This document shows, in pieces, positions 30,361 to 40,073 of a stretch of DNA of 64,000 bases (position 1 is the first letter of the stretch; every line of letters starts with the position of its first letter). Source of the stretch: Lachnospiraceae bacterium UBA3804 (GTDB lineage: Bacteria > Bacillota > Clostridia > Lachnospirales > Lachnospiraceae); contig DFEK01000009.1 in assembly GCA_002368665.1 (NCBI GenBank), forward strand, positions 32,962-96,961. The letters are read 5' to 3'. The notes under the pieces were generated by a model. That model was given only the letters and a program-made list of their open reading frames with translations, was not told the DNA's origin and did not search any database. The translations under genes were made by a program, and so were the position numbers.

Positions 30361-30419
30361 AATATTTCCTCCTTATGTGAGTTCCCTAGTTCTTATTTTA
30401 AGTAATTTTCCCAAGAAAA

Positions 30420-30827
30420 TCAAATTTTTTTTACTAAAGTTAAAATATTATACCCGTCCGTACGCTCATATCGCATATCATCCATGCTTTTCTTCACCAT
30501 ATAGATGCCCAATCCGCCGATGGAACGGTCCGCAGCTTTCGCTTCCACATCCGGATCTTCCTTCAGTAACGGGTTAAACGGAATGCCCTGATCCTTAAAG
30601 ACAACGGTAAGTGTTTGCGGGTCTCCGGCCACTTCCGCAAGAATCGTGGCGCCTCCCACATTCGGGGTATATGCATAATGCGCAATATTAACGAAAATCT
30701 CTTCCACAGCCACTTCAATCTGCATCTGCAGTTTCATGGAACAGCCTGCTTCTTCGAGAATTCCCGTCACGAAACCGAGTACTTTATTCAGGTTATTTAC
30801 TTTTGCTTCAATACTAAGCTCTTTCAT
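30420..30827 (-). CDS. anti-sigma regulatory factor Ser/Thr kinase (RsbW/SpoIIAB-like, HATPase_c)
   Basis: 135-aa ORF with an N-box (EEIFVNIAHYAY), DQGIPFNP and GGLGIYMV. Confidence 0.8.
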   Translation of the reverse strand: MKELSIEAKVNNLNKVLGFVTGILEEAGCSMKLQMQIEVAVEEIFVNIAHYAYTPNVGGATILAEVAGDPQTLTVVFKDQGIPFNPLLKEDPDVEAKAADRSIGGLGIYMVKKSMDDMRYERTDGYNILTLVKKI

Positions 30828-30951
30828 AGTAATCCCTCAATGTAATCATTATACTACACTTTTAGAAAGAATAGAAGAAAAACGTGAAAAATACTTGTTT
30901 CACCTATTCACCCTGCGGTATAATGGGTCAAAGAGAAAAGGAGTCGACATC

Positions 30952-31347
30952 ATGATTTCTACAAGGGGAAGATACGCAATCCGCGTAATGATTGATTTAG
31001 CTGAGAACGATACCGGGAACTATATTCCGTTAAAAGACATTGCCGAAAGGCAGGGTGTTTCCAAAAAATATCTGGAAATCATCGTCAAAGATATGGTAGC
31101 CGGAGGACTTTTGACCGGAGCCAGCGGAAAAGGCGGCGGATACAAGCTCTGCAGGAACCCGGATCAATACACCATCGGGGAAATACTGGAGTTAATGGAA
31201 GGCCCCCTAAACTCCGTGGCCTGCCTGGCCGATGCCAAGAACGATTGCCCGAGGAAAAAAGTCTGTCAGACACTTCCGATGTGGGAAGAATATGACAAAA
31301 TGGTACACGACTTCTTCTATGGCAAGAAATTAAGTGATCTGTTGTAA
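30952..31347 (+). CDS. Rrf2 family transcriptional regulator with three C-terminal cysteines
   Basis: ORF track starts at 30736, but AAAAGGAG precedes the ATG at 30952 (MISTRGRYAIRVMIDL). C-x7-C-x5-C, a possible Fe-S ligand set. Confidence 0.85.
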   Translation: MISTRGRYAIRVMIDLAENDTGNYIPLKDIAERQGVSKKYLEIIVKDMVAGGLLTGASGKGGGYKLCRNPDQYTIGEILELMEGPLNSVACLADAKNDCPRKKVCQTLPMWEEYDKMVHDFFYGKKLSDLL

Positions 31348-31351
31348 TTAC

Positions 31352-31379
31352 AAACCGGCATGTTTCCATGCCGGTTTTT
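31352..31379. terminator. bidirectional rho-independent terminator
   Basis: AAACCGGCATG/CATGCCGGTTT stem with a TTTC loop and a T-run. Lies between the convergent Rrf2 and ATPase genes. Confidence 0.75.
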
Positions 31380-31380
31380 C

Positions 31381-34125
31381 TTATGCTCTGTCTTTGTGAC
31401 AGGTGCAGTAGATGATTTGGTAATCCGCCGAAACCTGCTTCAGAAATTCTTTCGCGCTCTTTAGATGTTCTTCATCCAGATTGACAAAAGGATCGTCCAT
31501 TACGACCACCGGGCGTTCGTTTTGATACATAACATCCAGAAGTGCAAACCGGATACAGGTTCCGATCATATCGGAATACCCTTCGCTCTGGCTTTGAATA
31601 TCGTGATAAGAGCCCTCTTCCTTCTTCGTAAAATTCATCTGCGCATCCACACGGAAATCCGCCGAATTTCCGTCCGCCGTTGTCATGACACCGTAGTATT
31701 TTTCAAACGAATCCTTGATCGGACTCATGAATCTTGCGATGAAACTTTCCTTGGATTTCTGCAGATATTCTCTGGTTTTGGCCACCTGATCGTATCGCGC
31801 AAGTCCCTCGTCATACACTTCCTTTTTGGCCTCTTTACGCTCTTTCTTTTCTTCGATCTGCTCCAGTTCCTGATAAATCGTTTCGATATTTCTGTTGTAG
31901 GAGCTGATATGGGAAGCCTTCTCATCCAGACCGTCGTTTATCTCATTTAGCTGCGTCGTAAGAGATTCCGACAATGCTTCTTCGTCTTCTTCGGCCGCAA
32001 GTTCTTCCACACCCTTTTCATCGTAAAGGCGCGCAACCTCTCCGTTCTCTTCCCGATAGGTATCTTCCTTTAATTTGGCCTGCTTATATTCGCTTTGTGC
32101 ACTGTCATACGCTGCAATTTGCAGGGACAGATCACCCGCAAATTTCTGTGCGGATTCATAGTCCGTAAATTCTTTGTTCAGGGAATGCAGCGCCTCTTCG
32201 AGTGACACGTCCAAAGCCGCGAGTTCCTGCTTTTGCTTGGCAATATCTTCTTCCTGTGCCTCTTTTGCGGCAGTCACTTCCTTAAATTCACCCACACGGC
32301 TCTTCATCTCATAGAGCACATCCTGTGCATCCTGGCGGGAATAACTGATAGCAAACCGGTCCAGAAAAGTTCTTAATTCACTCTCCAAAGAAAGGATCTT
32401 CTCTTTGTCGGAGTCAATTTCTCCACGCAGGCTTTCGATTTCTTTCAGGCATTTTGTTTCCTGCTCATTGTTCTTTCGGATCTCATCATCAAAACGGGCC
32501 GTATCTTCTGGTACCTCCAATACGGGAGCGGACTGCAGGATTTCCGGAATCACGGGTGGTGTTAAAGGTGCATCCGACGGAGCCTTTGGAAATTCCGGTA
32601 ATGCAACATTACTCTTCTTTCCGGCAAAGGAAAGAATCAAAAGGATTATTCCAAGCAAAACCAAAACACCCGCCACAACATACAATACGGGAGTGATCTT
32701 CAAGGCAAAGCAAACGATTGCAACCGCAATACCGATAATGATTGCAATGATTCCGGGAATCAAGGTTGCGCCCGATGCTTTTTTCTTCGCACTTAACTGT
32801 GCCCGGAGCGCTTCTACCTTCTTACATTCCTCTTCGTATTCCTTCTGCTTTGCGTGATACTGCTCTACCTTCTCTTCATAGATCTTTCGCTCATTCTCAA
32901 AACGTTCTTTCGCTTCTTTCATCTGCGCTTTCTGCTTCTCGATTGCGATCAAAACTTCATCCCTTTGTTTCTTCTTTTCCTCTTTTTCTTTTCCCAGTGC
33001 AAGGGATGCTCCGCGCAGATTCTCCACGGTCTTCTGTCCGGTTTCGATATCCCGGCTGCGTTTCTCATTCTCCTTAAGAAGTTCCTTCACCAGATCCAAT
33101 TGCTCTAATGCCTTCTGCACTTCCTCATCCGTCGGCGGTTCCTCTTTGAAATATTTGCGGAGTCTTTCGTAACGGGTATTATCCAAAGATTCCGTCGCCT
33201 GATCCAAAGCAGACTTTCGCTTTCTTGCGTCGTTTACGAGTTTCAAAATGGTATCCGGTGCTTCTTTGGAGGGAAGTATGCCTCCGAGAAGGGCAAGATT
33301 TTCCCTTGTCGATTCCTCCCTTGCCATGGTTTCTTCGTGCAGGGCATGCAATGTCCGAAGGGCTGTGATTTTACCCTTCTTCTCTCCGAGTTTACGCTGC
33401 TGTTCCAAAACAGCGCTCCGTTTTTCTTTCAGCAGTGCTTCTTCTTTCTGTTCGGTTTTCTTCTTTTCCTCAAGATCAAGGAGCTGTGCTTTGTACGCGC
33501 TGTCTTTTTTACACTCCTCGTTTAAAACCCGGATTTCCTCATTCAGCTTATATAAGGAACCGTTCTTTTTCTTGGGGGAATGATTGTTCAGATAGTCTTT
33601 TAAGTCCTCGTCAACCTTGTCGAAATTGTTTAAATCGTTGGTCTGGGAAAGCGTACTGACCTTGGAGCTGATGGTGCTGTTTACACCGTCATACTTGATC
33701 ATGTCATGGTCGATAAAGCCCGTTCTTTTATAGGATTCACTGTCGATCCCGAACAGTTCGATTCCGATATTCTCCGTATAATCTTTGCTCGGAAGGCCGG
33801 TCAGTGCATCAAAAAGCGCAAATTTGCCGTCACTGTCTTTCGTTCCGAAATCACGGTTTAAAACATACCGTTTGCCGTTTACCTCAAAGGTGATCTCGCC
33901 GCCGAAGAAGCCCTTGTTCCAGGGCTGGTAGCGCATACGGTCATTGACGGCAAAGTCTCTCTTTCGTCCGCCTTCCAGACCGTAAAACATGGTACGGATA
34001 AAAGCGGCAAGCGTGGATTTGCCCCATCCGTTCGGATGCAGTACAATATTCAGTCCCTGCGTACAATCCAGATCCAGGTTGGAGATGGTTCCGAAATTTT
34101 CGATGCGGATATGAAGAATTCTCAT
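31381..34125 (-). CDS. SbcC/Rad50-like AAA ATPase with long coiled coils interrupted by a TM hairpin (YhaN-type)
   Basis: Walker A NGWGKST, Walker B VVVMDDPF, and Lys/Glu-rich coiled-coil sequence. Two hydrophobic helices mid-protein (LIPGIIAIIIGIAVAIVCFAL...VVAGVLVLLGIILLILSF). Confidence 0.75.
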   Translation of the reverse strand: MRILHIRIENFGTISNLDLDCTQGLNIVLHPNGWGKSTLAAFIRTMFYGLEGGRKRDFAVNDRMRYQPWNKGFFGGEITFEVNGKRYVLNRDFGTKDSDGKFALFDALTGLPSKDYTENIGIELFGIDSESYKRTGFIDHDMIKYDGVNSTISSKVSTLSQTNDLNNFDKVDEDLKDYLNNHSPKKKNGSLYKLNEEIRVLNEECKKDSAYKAQLLDLEEKKKTEQKEEALLKEKRSAVLEQQRKLGEKKGKITALRTLHALHEETMAREESTRENLALLGGILPSKEAPDTILKLVNDARKRKSALDQATESLDNTRYERLRKYFKEEPPTDEEVQKALEQLDLVKELLKENEKRSRDIETGQKTVENLRGASLALGKEKEEKKKQRDEVLIAIEKQKAQMKEAKERFENERKIYEEKVEQYHAKQKEYEEECKKVEALRAQLSAKKKASGATLIPGIIAIIIGIAVAIVCFALKITPVLYVVAGVLVLLGIILLILSFAGKKSNVALPEFPKAPSDAPLTPPVIPEILQSAPVLEVPEDTARFDDEIRKNNEQETKCLKEIESLRGEIDSDKEKILSLESELRTFLDRFAISYSRQDAQDVLYEMKSRVGEFKEVTAAKEAQEEDIAKQKQELAALDVSLEEALHSLNKEFTDYESAQKFAGDLSLQIAAYDSAQSEYKQAKLKEDTYREENGEVARLYDEKGVEELAAEEDEEALSESLTTQLNEINDGLDEKASHISSYNRNIETIYQELEQIEEKKERKEAKKEVYDEGLARYDQVAKTREYLQKSKESFIARFMSPIKDSFEKYYGVMTTADGNSADFRVDAQMNFTKKEEGSYHDIQSQSEGYSDMIGTCIRFALLDVMYQNERPVVVMDDPFVNLDEEHLKSAKEFLKQVSADYQIIYCTCHKDRA

Positions 34126-35252
34126 GACAGTTTCTCCTCTCCGGAAAGAAGTCTCACGCCGAGCGCGATCATCGATGCGGCTTCACTTTCCGTAACCTCT
34201 CCCGCATCAACGGCGCCCTTCACCATGCGGACATATTCTCCTTTCAGGGACATATCCGCCGCAAACCGGTTATAGTCGATCTTCGTCCTTGTTTCATCTT
34301 TAACGCGAACCAGATAATACTCATCATTTAAAAGATGCGCGATATAGCCCGTATCGAAGTGCACGTCCATTTCCGTCTCTCCGTCCAGGCGCACCTTAAC
34401 AAGATCTTTGTTTAAAACTCCCTCATTCACAAAAGCGCTGCGGATTGCTTTCACGGCATCGTCAGACGTAAGGGCATCGGAAACATCCACGCGGATGTCA
34501 TAGATGATGCGCTGTGCAAACGGTACAAAGGAAACGTCGATCCTGCCGTCTTCGATCTTAAGAAGATTGAATCCTCTCGGTCCGATCTCGTCGAATCCCC
34601 GTCCTTCCGGGCAACCGCTGTAGGAATACTGTCCTCTGGCATCCAATTGTGCGATTTTAGGCTGGTGAATATGACCGAGGGCAAGATAATCAATCCCCCT
34701 GTTCCGATACGCCCGTATGGGAATGATTTCGGCATCTGTTTTGCCCTTTGTCTCCACTTCCTGCCCATGCAGCATTACAATATTGCATTTGGCCTGATCA
34801 AGCGCAAGCGACGCCTCAAGCATGGTATTATTGTCCCTGTTTACTTCCGCACCGGTAATGATGACTTCGGTTCCGTCTTTGGAAACAAACGGATACGACG
34901 TCCAGTTTTCTTCGAACAGTTTGAGATTTCCCGGCAGATCCGCATGAATGCGGTCACGGAAATTCTGCAGAAAAGCACCCGCGTCATGATTCCCGCGAAG
35001 ATAGAAAAATGTGATTCCGGGGTTGTTCAAAACCGCACTGATCACAGCATCTCTGGCAGTTGCGGAGATGGTCCGTACATCAAATAAATCCCCGGCAATC
35101 AGAATTGCTTCCACATCGTTGGAAACAGCGTAGTGAACAATATTCTGAAACGTGGAAAGAAGCTCGTTCTTTCTTTCCGCGGCTTTGGCTTCGTCAAAAT
35201 GACGGCTTAATTTGGAATCCAAATGGCAGTCCGCCGTATGAATCAACTTCAT
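34122..35252 (-). CDS. SbcD/Mre11-family metallophosphoesterase nuclease (YhaO-type)
   Basis: Motifs HTADCHLD, GDLFD, GNHD and GHIH. Its stop overlaps the ATPase start (ATGA at 34122-34125). Confidence 0.85.
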   Translation of the reverse strand: MKLIHTADCHLDSKLSRHFDEAKAAERKNELLSTFQNIVHYAVSNDVEAILIAGDLFDVRTISATARDAVISAVLNNPGITFFYLRGNHDAGAFLQNFRDRIHADLPGNLKLFEENWTSYPFVSKDGTEVIITGAEVNRDNNTMLEASLALDQAKCNIVMLHGQEVETKGKTDAEIIPIRAYRNRGIDYLALGHIHQPKIAQLDARGQYSYSGCPEGRGFDEIGPRGFNLLKIEDGRIDVSFVPFAQRIIYDIRVDVSDALTSDDAVKAIRSAFVNEGVLNKDLVKVRLDGETEMDVHFDTGYIAHLLNDEYYLVRVKDETRTKIDYNRFAADMSLKGEYVRMVKGAVDAGEVTESEAASMIALGVRLLSGEEKLS

Positions 35253-35431
35253 CCGAAAGTCCTTTCTTTACATCCACTTATTCTGCCTTAAACTACGGAT
35301 ACTTTATTTTACTTTTTATTCCCATTACGGTCAAGATTTCTACCCTTCCAAAGCATTCAATTCCGTTGCAAAACCGGAGCAAAATAAATATAATATAATT
35401 GTTTTTCGGAATTGTAATTGGAGAATACTGT

Positions 35432-36649
35432 ATGTACTATTCCAGTTTTGGATTACTGGCTATGGTAATCCATTTTATAATCAATCTAGATGCTCTGAAG
35501 AAAGAGGGTTCAACGATCAACACGCCTACGCGTAAACGTTACCGCCTCTTTCTGTATGCTCTTGCGCTTTACTATGTTTCCGATATAGCCTGGGGACTTC
35601 TATATGAGAAGCAGTGGATTACGGCAACCTATATCGACACCATCGTATATTTCGTTGCCATGGCTTTATCCCTCCTTCTTTGGACGCGTTTTGTTGTTTC
35701 TTTTATCGCCAATAAGGGCCGGTTCGGAAAATTCCTTTTAATCGGCGGATGGTTGATTTTCGGCTTCCAGATTACCACTCTGATTCTGAATCCGTTCTTT
35801 CCCCTCGTATTCGTTTTCAATGAAGCTGGTGAATACCATGCGGAGAAGTTAAGATATGCATCTTTAGTTTTGCAAATTCTGCTTTTTGTTATTACTTCGA
35901 TCTACACTCTCATTATTTCCTTTAAAACCAAGGGAAAAGAACATGCCCACAACAGAATAATCGGACTTTCCGGTATTATCATGTCTGTCTTTATTATGCT
36001 CCAGGCTCTCTATCCGCTCTTACCTTTGTATGCGGTCGGCTGTCTTCTGGCAACCTGTATTATTCACACATTCGTTACCAGAGACTTAATCATCGAACAC
36101 TATCAGCAGATGAAACTGAACGAGCAGCTGGCTTACCGCGACGGTCTTACCGGCGTAAAGAATAAACTGGCCTACCTCGATGCTCTCAAAAATCTCGAAT
36201 TACGGTTTGAATCCGGAAATTGCACCGAATTCGGAGTGGTCGTATTTGATTTAAACGGTTTGAAGGCCATTAATGACAGGCTCGGCCATGTGGCAGGCGA
36301 CGAATATATCAAAACAGCCAGCAGTCTGATCTGCCATATCTATAAACACAGCCCTGTCTTTCGAATCGGTGGAGATGAATTCGTAGTTCTGCTGGAACGT
36401 GACGATTATGAAAACAGAGATTCCCTGCTCGGCATCTTTAATCAAACCATTGATGAAAACCAGAAGACCGGCAAAGTAGTTATCTCCTGCGGAATGGCCG
36501 TATACAACCCGGGAGAAGACAGAGACTATAACGATGTGTTCAGCAGAGCGGATCAGCTGATGTATGACAGGAAGAACCAATTAAAGAGCAGGGATTGCCA
36601 AACCGACTGGCTTCCGACACAGTTGGTTGAAAAAGAACTCAATTCTTAA
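35432..36649 (+). CDS. membrane-bound diguanylate cyclase (GGDEF)
   Basis: GGAGA lies 7 nt before the ATG at 35432. About 6 TM segments. GGDEF active site RIGGDEFVV. Confidence 0.85.
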   Translation: MYYSSFGLLAMVIHFIINLDALKKEGSTINTPTRKRYRLFLYALALYYVSDIAWGLLYEKQWITATYIDTIVYFVAMALSLLLWTRFVVSFIANKGRFGKFLLIGGWLIFGFQITTLILNPFFPLVFVFNEAGEYHAEKLRYASLVLQILLFVITSIYTLIISFKTKGKEHAHNRIIGLSGIIMSVFIMLQALYPLLPLYAVGCLLATCIIHTFVTRDLIIEHYQQMKLNEQLAYRDGLTGVKNKLAYLDALKNLELRFESGNCTEFGVVVFDLNGLKAINDRLGHVAGDEYIKTASSLICHIYKHSPVFRIGGDEFVVLLERDDYENRDSLLGIFNQTIDENQKTGKVVISCGMAVYNPGEDRDYNDVFSRADQLMYDRKNQLKSRDCQTDWLPTQLVEKELNS

Positions 36650-36652
36650 AGC

Positions 36653-36682
36653 AAAAACCTCACACAAATGTGTGAGGTTTTC
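36653..36682. terminator. bidirectional rho-independent terminator
   Basis: ACCTCACACA/TGTGTGAGGT inverted repeat flanked by AAAAA and TTTT. Confidence 0.7.
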
Positions 36683-36712
36683 TATTTCAATTCATTTGGT
36701 TTGACACGGATA

Positions 36713-39700
36713 TCAGATGAACGGATCCGCACCGGTAAGCTTGATTGCACCGTCCTTGACGGAAATACGATCCCTGCTTGTCAGTGTGATCCTGTTAAAA
36801 TCATTTGTTACTTTGCCTTTAATCTCGGTATTCTCAAACCGGATATCCGTATCCATCGAATATCCGCCGAAGCCGAGCGATTCTTTACCGTTACAGGAAA
36901 CCGTCAGACCCGCATTTTCCACACCGATTTTCGAATAGCCGTCCATGGAGCCGATGCATACGGATTTGGCCGATCGAACCTCAACCGTCATATTGAAGTT
37001 GTCGCCACCGAATAATGCGGTATCGCCATACAGTGTACCGATACCGATAATCTCGCCGCCACCCGCATAACAAAGCACGGAACTTCTGGTCACATATATA
37101 TCGCTGTTTCCATTCAGCGATCCGATGCCGACACCGTGAGTCGTGGAAATATTCAGTTCTAAGAAACAGTTCTCAACGGAAAGCTTCTCGTTTCCGTCCA
37201 TGGATCCCAAACCGACACAAATATCACCGTTTCCTTCCAGCATATATTTGCCCTTTCGGATACAGGTTTCCCCGCCTTTGCCGGAGCCGATGCAGACTCC
37301 TTCTTTTCCTTTGGAATAAATATGGATTTCTCCGTCCTGAAGGAAAGTTATCGTTCCGTGTCCGCGATCCAGATAGTTTCCGATACCGAATCCTTTCGGA
37401 GCATTCATTTCAATATACAGATTTCCGTCTCCTTCCATGGTAAGGGATGCTCCCTCGGGAACCTGAATTCCTCCGTCATGGAAATGATTCTCCCCCTGCA
37501 GAACGATGGTCACCTTGGCATCCTGGCCGACTTCGATACAGGGTCTGTTCTTAACATTGGAGAAATAGACATTTTCCAGCGTGATCCGGCCTTCGTAATC
37601 CGCCTCTACGCGCAAATGAATTTCCGACTTCAATCCCGGTGTTCCGATGATCGAAACATCCTTGTAAACCATGTTTCCGGCACCTACCAGAATATCGGTA
37701 TAACCGCTGCGGACCAGACTGTTGATGGACACACGGTTGGTGCGACCTGCCGTATAAATATGCTTCTTCTGTCCATCCATCTGTTCCTGCTTAAACTGGA
37801 CAATCTCGCGACGGATTTTCTCATCGATCTCCGGTAAAATCACTTCGTTCGGTCTGCAGGTATAGAAGCCCTGAATCAAATCCACGCCAAGCATGATTGC
37901 CATCTGCAGTTCTTCTTTCGTCTCCACTCCTTCCGCCAGTGCCATAATCGAATTGTCATGGCAGTACTCGATAATCTCGCGTACGAAATGCTGCTTTTGC
38001 GGTTTCACCTGAATTTCGCTTATAAGCGAACGGTCTATCTTAACATAATTCGGTGAGTAACGCAGCAGGTTGTTTACATTGGAAAAACCGGTACCGTAAT
38101 CATCCAGCGCCATTTCGATGTCAAGCACCTGGAAGAACTCTTTGACAGATTTAATTTCGTCATCCGTCATCTCCGCTTCTTCCGTCAGTTCCACAACCAC
38201 ATTCGAATGATTCTCCGCAAGAAGCGCCGTAACCTTCTGTACATCCTCTTCACTGATATGAACGCCGGGAATACTGTTGATAAAGACTTTCCTGTCACCG
38301 ATAATATCCCTGTTCTTCTCAACGAGAGAAAGGATATTCAGAAATGTCGCCTTCTCCACATCCTCCAAGCGTCCCATCATGCCGGCATATTTAATGATAT
38401 CCAACGGTGAGATATTTTTCTCCGTTTTGGAGCGCATCAGAGCCTCATAAGAGTAAATACTTCCGTCCGAAGTCCTGACGATCGGCTGGAAATGATACCG
38501 GAACAAATTCTCGTTGAGAATGGTTTCCACAAGATGGAACTCTCTCTCTTCTTCCTCGCTCATGTTTTTCGCCGACTTCGAGAAGTCGAATTTATTAACG
38601 GGACGGATCTGTTGTTCCAACAGGCCGATACTGATATTTCTTCTGACACATTCGAGTCCCAGAGCTACATCCTTCATCCACCTGCTGTAGATTTCATCAT
38701 AGCTGCAGTGGTTCTCGCCATAATCAATAACCGTATATCCATAGCATGTATTTTCATAGTAAAACGGTGTAAAGATATATGCTTTCGGTTCCGTATTTTC
38801 CTTAAACAGTTCCGGAAGCATTTCCTTTGTATCAAAGGTCTCATCCAGTCCGACAGTATTGTCGACCGAGTCTTTGTAATATGCGATCGCATGGATCATT
38901 TTCTTCGGATAACCGGAGTTGGACACACGAACAGAAGCGTTATTCTCCATATTCTTCCACGGTTCACACAGGTTAAGATGAAACTCTTTGCATCCTCTCA
39001 ACTGGAAAATATAGGAATATACCGTATTCAGATAACCGGAGAGCGTTGTCTCGTTTGTCAGGTTCTTGGACAGGGTATTGTACACTGACAAATATCCTTC
39101 TTCCGAAATCTCCGAACCCCAGTCGGACCTTAAATACTCGCGGTAGAAGTCATCCACATTCCAGTGAGCTTTGCATCCGCAGCTCTCTCCGATATACAAA
39201 TCCGCTTTGTTTTCATAAGGCGGGACCTCTTCACCCTCAAATTTGGCGCGGAAATAATCGGACGCATACTGTCCGTTCTTATAAGCCGGAAGAATACTGG
39301 ATGTGATTGGTTTCGGGCTTCTTCTTCCTTCATCCCTGCTGTCGAAACCGACAACCGCGATATCTTCCGGAACATGAATTCCTCTGTTTTCGAAGGCCTT
39401 GCATAATCCGATGGCCATACAGTCATTGGCACAGGCTACGGCTTCGGGAAGTCCCTCTCTGGAATTCATCAGCGCCTCGGCGCATACTTCACCTGAGGTA
39501 TACCAGAAGTCACCGTATACAATCCAGTCCTTGGGAACTTTCAGATCATGTTCCTTCATGGCATCCATGAAGCCGGCAAGTCTTTGTTTGGAATGGTCAT
39601 GCCATTTTTTACCGGTCAGAAATGCAATCTTCTTATAGCCGTGATCTTCGATCAGATGCGATACCACGACGTGTGTGGCATGATGTCCGTCCGTAATAAC

Positions 39701-40027
39701 ACTTTCGAACAGATCGCTCTTGATATCGATCGCAAGCACTTCTCCCTTGAAGTTTTCTTTCAGGGTATTTTCAATTTCATCATTGGTTCCGGGCGTCTGA
39801 ATCACGTCCTTCATGATAGCGACTCCGTCGAAAAGATCCCAGTTCGGCAAATGGAAAATATTCGCCTCACCCACTTCCCTTTCAACAGAATCCTGGTATT
39901 TCAGAAACATGGAAAAGACACAGACATCCTGATCGTTTACATGTGCCTGCTCTAAGAATCCTTTGATGAAGCGGCTTTGAAATTCCTCGTCCGCCTGTCC
40001 TGTCAAAATAGCGATTCGTTTACGCAT
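36713..40027 (-). CDS. cytoplasmic multidomain c-di-GMP phosphodiesterase: LacI-type sugar-binding (PBP) domain, unknown middle domain, EAL domain, C-terminal G-[IVL]-G repeat (beta-helix-like) region
   Basis: 1104 aa with no TM segment. The N-terminal ~290 aa resemble a LacI-family ligand domain without the HTH. EAL signature set: YEALMR, ELTE, DDYGTGFS, KIDRSL, EGVET, QGFY. The last ~320 aa hold about 7 repeats centred on GIGN/CIGS/VGLGS/GIGS/GIGT/CIGS/GFGG. Confidence 0.8.
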   Translation of the reverse strand: MRKRIAILTGQADEEFQSRFIKGFLEQAHVNDQDVCVFSMFLKYQDSVEREVGEANIFHLPNWDLFDGVAIMKDVIQTPGTNDEIENTLKENFKGEVLAIDIKSDLFESVITDGHHATHVVVSHLIEDHGYKKIAFLTGKKWHDHSKQRLAGFMDAMKEHDLKVPKDWIVYGDFWYTSGEVCAEALMNSREGLPEAVACANDCMAIGLCKAFENRGIHVPEDIAVVGFDSRDEGRRSPKPITSSILPAYKNGQYASDYFRAKFEGEEVPPYENKADLYIGESCGCKAHWNVDDFYREYLRSDWGSEISEEGYLSVYNTLSKNLTNETTLSGYLNTVYSYIFQLRGCKEFHLNLCEPWKNMENNASVRVSNSGYPKKMIHAIAYYKDSVDNTVGLDETFDTKEMLPELFKENTEPKAYIFTPFYYENTCYGYTVIDYGENHCSYDEIYSRWMKDVALGLECVRRNISIGLLEQQIRPVNKFDFSKSAKNMSEEEEREFHLVETILNENLFRYHFQPIVRTSDGSIYSYEALMRSKTEKNISPLDIIKYAGMMGRLEDVEKATFLNILSLVEKNRDIIGDRKVFINSIPGVHISEEDVQKVTALLAENHSNVVVELTEEAEMTDDEIKSVKEFFQVLDIEMALDDYGTGFSNVNNLLRYSPNYVKIDRSLISEIQVKPQKQHFVREIIEYCHDNSIMALAEGVETKEELQMAIMLGVDLIQGFYTCRPNEVILPEIDEKIRREIVQFKQEQMDGQKKHIYTAGRTNRVSINSLVRSGYTDILVGAGNMVYKDVSIIGTPGLKSEIHLRVEADYEGRITLENVYFSNVKNRPCIEVGQDAKVTIVLQGENHFHDGGIQVPEGASLTMEGDGNLYIEMNAPKGFGIGNYLDRGHGTITFLQDGEIHIYSKGKEGVCIGSGKGGETCIRKGKYMLEGNGDICVGLGSMDGNEKLSVENCFLELNISTTHGVGIGSLNGNSDIYVTRSSVLCYAGGGEIIGIGTLYGDTALFGGDNFNMTVEVRSAKSVCIGSMDGYSKIGVENAGLTVSCNGKESLGFGGYSMDTDIRFENTEIKGKVTNDFNRITLTSRDRISVKDGAIKLTGADPFI

Positions 40028-40073
40028 AACCCCTCAATCCCTCCGGTCCCACCGACCGGGTCTTTTTGCATCT

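Noticed and set aside
30736-30951. 72-codon N-terminal extension of the Rrf2 gene
   Set aside because: It overlaps the divergent kinase gene and its promoter region. Rrf2 proteins start at MISTRGRYA-type sequences, and AAAAGGAG precedes the ATG at 30952.
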